Shown in pieces: positions 59,489-64,000 of a stretch of 64,000 bases of DNA. The translations under genes were made by a program, and so were the position numbers. Position 1 is the first letter of the stretch; every line of letters starts with the position of its first letter. Location: contig JAVZLQ010000003.1 of NCBI GenBank assembly GCA_038883655.1, forward strand, positions 192,001 through 256,000, given 5' to 3'. The DNA is from Candidatus Bathyarchaeia archaeon. Its GTDB lineage: Archaea; Thermoproteota; Bathyarchaeia; Bathyarchaeales; Bathycorpusculaceae. The notes beneath the pieces are model-generated. The model searched no databases. It was not told the DNA's origin and saw only the letters and a program-made list of their open reading frames with translations.

Positions 59489-60670
59489 TCATGCTCGTTT
59501 AATCTTTCTAATCGCGTTCTCGATTCTGTCCATAGCCTCATCTAATTGCTCATACGCAGCAGCGTATGAAATTCTTATATATCCCTCGCCGTAGCGTCCA
59601 AAAGAAGATCCTGGAACAGTTAGTACACGCGCTTGTCTTGCAAGATATTCCGCAAACTGTTCTGAAGACATATCAAAACTTTTGATGCTGGGGAAAACGT
59701 AAAAGGCGCCTCTTGGGAGTGCACAACTAAATCCCTCCATCTCATTAAGCCTTCGATAAACCATTTGTCTTCTCCTGTCAAATTCCTTCACCATGTCTCT
59801 TACAAAATCTTGCGGTCCTTCCAGCGCAGCTAACGCGACATACTGAGCTATACTATTGATACATGCAATTGTATGCTGGTGTATAAGCCACAATGGTAAA
59901 ATGAGTTCTTTAGGGCCGTATACGAAACCAATCCGCAGTCCTGTCATCGCATAAGTCTTGGAAAAAGAGTTAACAACTAACGTGCGTTCACGCATTCCAG
60001 GGAAAGTCGCAAGGCAATAATGTTTAGTTCCATCATAGAGTATTTTTTCATAAACCTCGTCAGAAATCACAATGAGGTCACGCTCAACGGCAATCTTCGC
60101 CAACTTCGCTGCATCGTCAAAGGAAAGAGTTGCCCCTGTAGGGTTGTTAGGATAGTTCAAAATGATCACACGTGACCTATCAGTGATAAGCGACATCACA
60201 TCATCAGCAGACGGTTTGAATCCATTTTCCTCCAATAAAGGAATAGAAACCGGAACGCCATCAACTAAACGAACGCAAGGCTCGTAACACACAAAACCTG
60301 GATCTGGAATTAAAACCTCATCGCCTGGATTTACAAAACCGAAAAGCGCCAGAAAGATAGCCTCAATCCCGCCCGAAGTTATTAATATTTCTGAGTTGGG
60401 GTCATAGTTAAGCCCATATTCACGAAAGGCCTTTTTGGCTAATGCCTCACGCAACTCTGGAATACCGTTGGTGGGAGTGTAATGTGTTTTTCCCTCTTTT
60501 GCAGCCTTCAAACCCATTTCTATCGCATGTTGCGGAGGAGAAAAATCTGGTTCTCCTAAGCTAAGATTGATAGCATCTGGCATTTCTTGGGTTAAAGCGA
60601 AAAATCGGCGAATTCCAGACGGCTTTACGTTTTTTAGGCGCTTTGCGGGCTTAGATCGAAAAGTCAACAA
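59489..60670 (-). CDS. Class I PLP aminotransferase (aspartate aminotransferase type)
   Basis: GEPDF, PNNPTG, SDEVY, SFSKTYAMTGLRIG, GAFY, RISY. Confidence 0.93.
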   Translation of the reverse strand: MLTFRSKPAKRLKNVKPSGIRRFFALTQEMPDAINLSLGEPDFSPPQHAIEMGLKAAKEGKTHYTPTNGIPELREALAKKAFREYGLNYDPNSEILITSGGIEAIFLALFGFVNPGDEVLIPDPGFVCYEPCVRLVDGVPVSIPLLEENGFKPSADDVMSLITDRSRVIILNYPNNPTGATLSFDDAAKLAKIAVERDLIVISDEVYEKILYDGTKHYCLATFPGMRERTLVVNSFSKTYAMTGLRIGFVYGPKELILPLWLIHQHTIACINSIAQYVALAALEGPQDFVRDMVKEFDRRRQMVYRRLNEMEGFSCALPRGAFYVFPSIKSFDMSSEQFAEYLARQARVLTVPGSSFGRYGEGYIRISYAAAYEQLDEAMDRIENAIRKIKRA

Positions 60671-60809
60671 TCCCCCTCAATATGCACTGGTTCTTAGAGG
60701 ATAAAATATTTGCGTTGCAAAGTTTACAAAACCTATGTTTCAAGCAAGGTTTAAAACGAACCTTGTATACAAATCTGTATTCATACAAGAGGGCAGTGGT
60801 TGAAAGAGT

Positions 60810-61277
60810 TTGAAACTAAAAGAGAACGTTCACTTATGGTTAGTGCGCTCTTTAAGTGACCCCATAGTCGAAATACTCTACAAAAATAGCCATTTAACGA
60901 AAACGCAGCTTGAAACGTTACTTATAGACATTTTAGCTGAAAATATATCTGGAAAAATCTTAAATTACGATGAAAAAGCCAGATTAAGGTTAACAAAGGC
61001 AAAAATAAGCCGAGGGGCATTTAATAGGACTTTAAAACAAGCCAAAGGAAACGTCATAAGATCCATATACACCATACTACTGTTAGGATACTTAGGCGTG
61101 TTTGAAAGCACAACTCTTGACCCCTACATCGAAATAGCAAACAGATTAAAAGAATATGTAGAGGCACATAAAAACATGGCAAACACGAACGAAAGACTGA
61201 AGATCCTAAAAATTATTAGAGAAGAACTTGAAACAAGTTTAAAAAAGCTATCAAATACCTCGCCAAGTGAAATGTGA
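60810..61277 (+). CDS. Uncharacterised HTH-like protein (Tfx/sigma-r4-like pattern)
   Basis: SHLTKTQLETL..(helix)..ISRGAFNRTLKQAKGNV followed by a hydrophobic helix and helical tail; family not firmly recognised. Confidence 0.55.
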   Translation: MKLKENVHLWLVRSLSDPIVEILYKNSHLTKTQLETLLIDILAENISGKILNYDEKARLRLTKAKISRGAFNRTLKQAKGNVIRSIYTILLLGYLGVFESTTLDPYIEIANRLKEYVEAHKNMANTNERLKILKIIREELETSLKKLSNTSPSEM

Positions 61278-61534
61278 CATCACAAGTCACGTGGAATTCC
61301 TACAAGCTCTTTCTTCCGAACTCTTCGACGGCGAAAATTGACCTTAAATTAGAAAAAGATTCAAAAGTAGGCTTTATCGCAAACTCTATGGAATAGCAGT
61401 TATTTGCACGCTTTTGTGATGTGTGATGTCATGATGGGACCATGTTACGGTAAAGGTAAGCATAATCTTTAAATCCTTTGTATGCAAACTGTGATGTGTG
61501 ATGTCTATGGATAAATCACAAATGAATCATGTAG

Positions 61535-62263
61535 GTGTTTGATTTGGAAGCTTGGGTGTTTGCTTTAATCTTAGCAGCTTTAACGGTCATCGTTTGTTAT
61601 GTTTATTATAGGCAGCTTCAAAAGGTACGCAATGAATATGAAAGCGCAAAAGCTGTTGTTAGCGATATAGTTTTAAGTTTTAATAGGCAGCTGAAGCAGG
61701 AATCGGAAAGGATGAATTTAATTGCATATAAAGTTGATGCTGCAGCCTCGAAGGGTGACAGCGCAAAGAAGGCCGTTGAAGATGTTTGTAAGAAAATTGA
61801 ATCTTTAGGGACTAGAGTTGGCACGTTAATAAGCGAAAAAGAAGTTGTAACAAGAAGAATGGATGAAATAGCTAAAGCATTGCAAGAAAATATAAACATG
61901 CAAAGGAATTTAGCTGCGCGTCTTGCTATAGTTGAGGAGCACGTAAAGCATTCCACGGTTGTTTCAGATGCCAAAATTGAAGCGGTAATCCCCATAAGAA
62001 GGGAAAAGGCATTATCTCCACTTACTGAAACTGAGGTATCGGTTTTGGACATGTTAGCGTCTGAGGGCCCGAAAACAGCACCTGAAATAAAGGAGAGAAT
62101 TAAGCTTAGTAGAGAGCATACTGCACGTTTAATGAAGAAACTCTACGAGGAAGGTTATTTGGATAGGGATACAAGTAGAATTCCATTTAGGTATAGCGTA
62201 AAAGAAGAGATGCGAAGGCTGCTGAAGCGGACGGAAAACGAGCAAGCCCAGCCGCAATCATAA
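61535..62263 (+). CDS. Membrane-anchored coiled-coil protein with C-terminal winged helix (MarR-like)
   Basis: N-terminal TM (AWVFALILAALTVIVCYVYY), ~110 aa predicted coiled coil, then LTETEVSVLDML...KTAPEIKERIKLSREHTARLMKKLYEEGYLDR...PFRYSV. Confidence 0.8.
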   Translation: MFDLEAWVFALILAALTVIVCYVYYRQLQKVRNEYESAKAVVSDIVLSFNRQLKQESERMNLIAYKVDAAASKGDSAKKAVEDVCKKIESLGTRVGTLISEKEVVTRRMDEIAKALQENINMQRNLAARLAIVEEHVKHSTVVSDAKIEAVIPIRREKALSPLTETEVSVLDMLASEGPKTAPEIKERIKLSREHTARLMKKLYEEGYLDRDTSRIPFRYSVKEEMRRLLKRTENEQAQPQS

Positions 62264-62265
62264 AT

Positions 62266-62694
62266 TTAAGGTGTTTGCCTTTCAATTATTGCCTTTGGAT
62301 AGCTAGTTGTTAACTTGTACTTTAGGGTTCTTGAAGCCCCAGTCCTTAAGAGCAAGCCCTTACTCGACATTCTCGAAAGGTAAGTGGCCACCGTGCTAAG
62401 TCCTATAGGTTCCTTAAATTCTTGCTCGTAAGCCAGTTGAACATCATGTGATGTAAACCACACTAATGGAAAGTGCTTCTGGACAACAATACGTACTTTA
62501 TCGTATTTAGAAAATTCATTTTCCAAAACTTCCTTGTTTGATTCGTTGGCTCTGCCGGCTGGCACACCGCCCAAGAGTTCCACGAGATCTAAGAGACGAA
62601 GAGCGTTTTCCCTAGTAATTTGACCTTCAAACGCTATTGTGTAGCGGTTACCGTCTTCATCGAAGAGTTCGACTCGTATCTTTCGGGCGGGCAT
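62266..62694 (-). CDS. Uncharacterised two-domain protein with C-terminal winged helix
   Basis: N-terminal beta-beta-alpha module (KIRVELFDEDGNRYTIAFEG); C-terminal FTSHDV..YE..F.EPIGLSTVATYLSRM..KG.L.R..Y; start MPARK at 62694 inferred. Confidence 0.7.
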   Translation of the reverse strand: MPARKIRVELFDEDGNRYTIAFEGQITRENALRLLDLVELLGGVPAGRANESNKEVLENEFSKYDKVRIVVQKHFPLVWFTSHDVQLAYEQEFKEPIGLSTVATYLSRMSSKGLLLRTGASRTLKYKLTTSYPKAIIERQTP

Positions 62695-62890
62695 TAATGT
62701 CGTACACCCAAGTGTATTCACAACTTTGCAGTTAACAAGTTATAGGTATTATGGTGAAAAAGTTGCGCAGAAAAAAGCGCAAATATTATTTAAAAACTGG
62801 AAAAGAGGAAGAAATTCAATTTTTCAATGATTACAAGGTTCACAATCGCTTAATTTTTTCGCTTCTAATAGAAAAAGAATAGAACATAAT

Positions 62891-63305
62891 TCTCCAGTAG
62901 AAAGGCAGGGGTGCCATGTTCACAATAAAGACGCATGAAAAAGGCAATTTTTTTTACAATAAACGAAAAAAGAAGCATTTTCTCTTAAATTTCACACGAG
63001 CATCACAATTTGTGAAAATTTTAATTAAGTTAAAGTTACATAAAAATTTGAGAGAATAATAAAGTAAGGGTAAGAAAGGGCGTTATAATTGATTGAATTT
63101 TGTCTGGCGCACCCCTGTATTTCCATTGGAAAATGTGGTTTGGTGTTGGATATTTTAGCAAAAGCAAATTACTGGTAAATATAATTTTTTTAACTATAAC
63201 TTTTATAATTGCACTGTCATCCTTTACCTTCCAGAGTATATTTCTTGTTAGCAAGAAATCAGCATTAATCCGTAGAATAAAAAGTTCCAGAGGAAATTAT
63301 GGGGT
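62891..63305. other. Replication origin oriC (ORB elements flanking an AT-rich unwinding element)
   Basis: ORB1 62891-62912 TCTCCAGTAGAAAGGCAGGGGT (+), ORB2 63111-63132 TTTCCAATGGAAATACAGGGGT (-), ORB3 63284-63305 GTTCCAGAGGAAATTATGGGGT (+); ORB1 and ORB2 are inverted around ~200 bp of AT-rich DNA; upstream of cdc6. Confidence 0.92.
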
Positions 63306-63361
63306 GTGACTTGAAAGTTTGTTAAACTTTGAATTTAGTTTTCTGTAGTGAGATACTTATT

Positions 63362-63383
63362 ACTCCAGAGGGAGAGTAGGCAT
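63362..63383 (+). promoter_or_regulatory. Degenerate (mini-)ORB in the cdc6 upstream region
   Basis: ACTCCAGAGGGAGAGTAGG about 30-50 bp upstream of the cdc6 ATG; GGAGGAGG Shine-Dalgarno-like sequence near 63399-63406. Confidence 0.5.
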
Positions 63384-63413
63384 ATCCTTTGAAATTTCGG
63401 AGGAGGCTTCGTA

Positions 63414-64000
63414 ATGAGCGACACAAAAATCCTTGATGAGTTATTCTCGAACTTCATTGGAAATGCAAAAATATTCAGGGATAGGAGCGTGTTGCGACAT
63501 GATTACTTGCCAAATAAGTTGCCGCATCGTGAGGAACAAATTAGGCTACTTGGTGAAAAAGTGGCTCCCGCTTTAAAAAAGGAGCGATGTTCAAACGTTT
63601 TCATTTATGGTAAAACGGGGACAGGGAAAACTGCCGTTGCGAAATATGTGTTAAGCCACCTCGAAATTAAGGCGAAAGAGTACGGTGCACCTGTAAAGTT
63701 CTGCTATGTAAATTGTCGAATGGCTGGTTCTGGGTACCGCGTTTTTGCAAATCTATGCCACAGCATTGGGACGTACGTGCCCTTCACGGGGTTATCTGTT
63801 GGCGAGGTCTTTGATAGATTTCGAGCGGCGCTGGATATGTTGCAGTTGATATTTATAGTGGTTTTGGATGAAATAGACGCTTTGATAAAGACGCGTGGGG
63901 ACGGCCTCCTATACGAACTAACTAGGATAAATGAAACTTTGCATCAAAGTAAGTTGTCTTTAATTGGTATCTCAAACGACCTGCGGCTTAAGGAATTTTT
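63414..64000 (+). CDS. cdc6: Orc1/Cdc6 replication initiator, 3'-partial (absent from ORF track)
   Basis: Manual translation: MSDTKILDELF..IFRDRSVLRHDYLPNKLPHREEQI..IYGKTGTGKT..YVNCR..VPFTGLS..IVVLDEIDAL..LYELTR..IGISNDL; runs off the window end. Confidence 0.97.
   Translation, partial: MSDTKILDELFSNFIGNAKIFRDRSVLRHDYLPNKLPHREEQIRLLGEKVAPALKKERCSNVFIYGKTGTGKTAVAKYVLSHLEIKAKEYGAPVKFCYVNCRMAGSGYRVFANLCHSIGTYVPFTGLSVGEVFDRFRAALDMLQLIFIVVLDEIDALIKTRGDGLLYELTRINETLHQSKLSLIGISNDLRLKEF

Larger units (their letters stand above)
59368..63016. repeat. Dispersed cluster of TGTGATG(TC) motifs next to the origin
   Basis: TGTGATGTGTGATGTC exact at 61415-61430 and 61490-61505; TGTGATATGTGATGTC at 59368-59383; GACATCACA (reverse) at 60192-60200 and 61276-61284; TGTGATGT at 62447-62454; CATCACA at 63001-63007. 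Confidence 0.8.

Noticed and set aside
61415-61505. Direct repeats considered as a CRISPR array
   Set aside because: Only two exact 16-bp copies, internally tandem, with no regular 30-40 bp spacer series and no cas genes.
60810-62721. Naming the origin-adjacent proteins as SegA/SegB, ParB or WhiP
   Set aside because: No Walker A ATPase, ParB/Srx or ribbon-helix-helix signature is recognisable, and I cannot support WhiP homology without a search.
63036-63309. Two short ORFs (63036-63254 minus, 63100-63309 plus)
   Set aside because: They overlap ORB elements in AT-rich origin DNA and show no protein motifs.
1-64000. tRNA, rRNA, SRP RNA or RNase P RNA genes
   Set aside because: No T-loop/cloverleaf or long GC-rich intergenic stretch was noticed by eye; a covariance-model scan would be needed to exclude them fully.

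Overview
Archaeal chromosome segment, most consistent with a TACK-lineage anaerobe such as Bathyarchaeia (inferred from PolD DP2, both GINS15 and GINS23, Elf1, Alba, PorGDAB, PEP synthase and GGGP synthase). It is mostly core informational genes: gins23-mcm; TFS-PCNA-priL and priS-gins15-L44e-S27e-aIF2a-nop10; dph2-csl4-rpo11; srp54-pus10-L21e-rpo4-ksgA; aIF5A; DP2. It ends in a replication origin (three clear ORB boxes around an AT-rich element) upstream of a partial cdc6/orc1. Features missing from the ORF track that I read directly from the sequence are nop10, sec61beta, cdc6, a box C/D guide sRNA, a methyltransferase pseudogene and the origin. The best candidate for an undescribed system is beside the origin: three uncharacterised HTH/winged-helix genes, one membrane-anchored with a coiled coil, within a cluster of TGTGATG(TC) repeats that extends into neighbouring genes and the origin. 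This suggests an origin-binding or membrane-tethering module. A second accessory block is an ~8.4 kb archaeosortase/glycosylation island between priS and priL. All calls come from motif recognition by eye; no database search was run.
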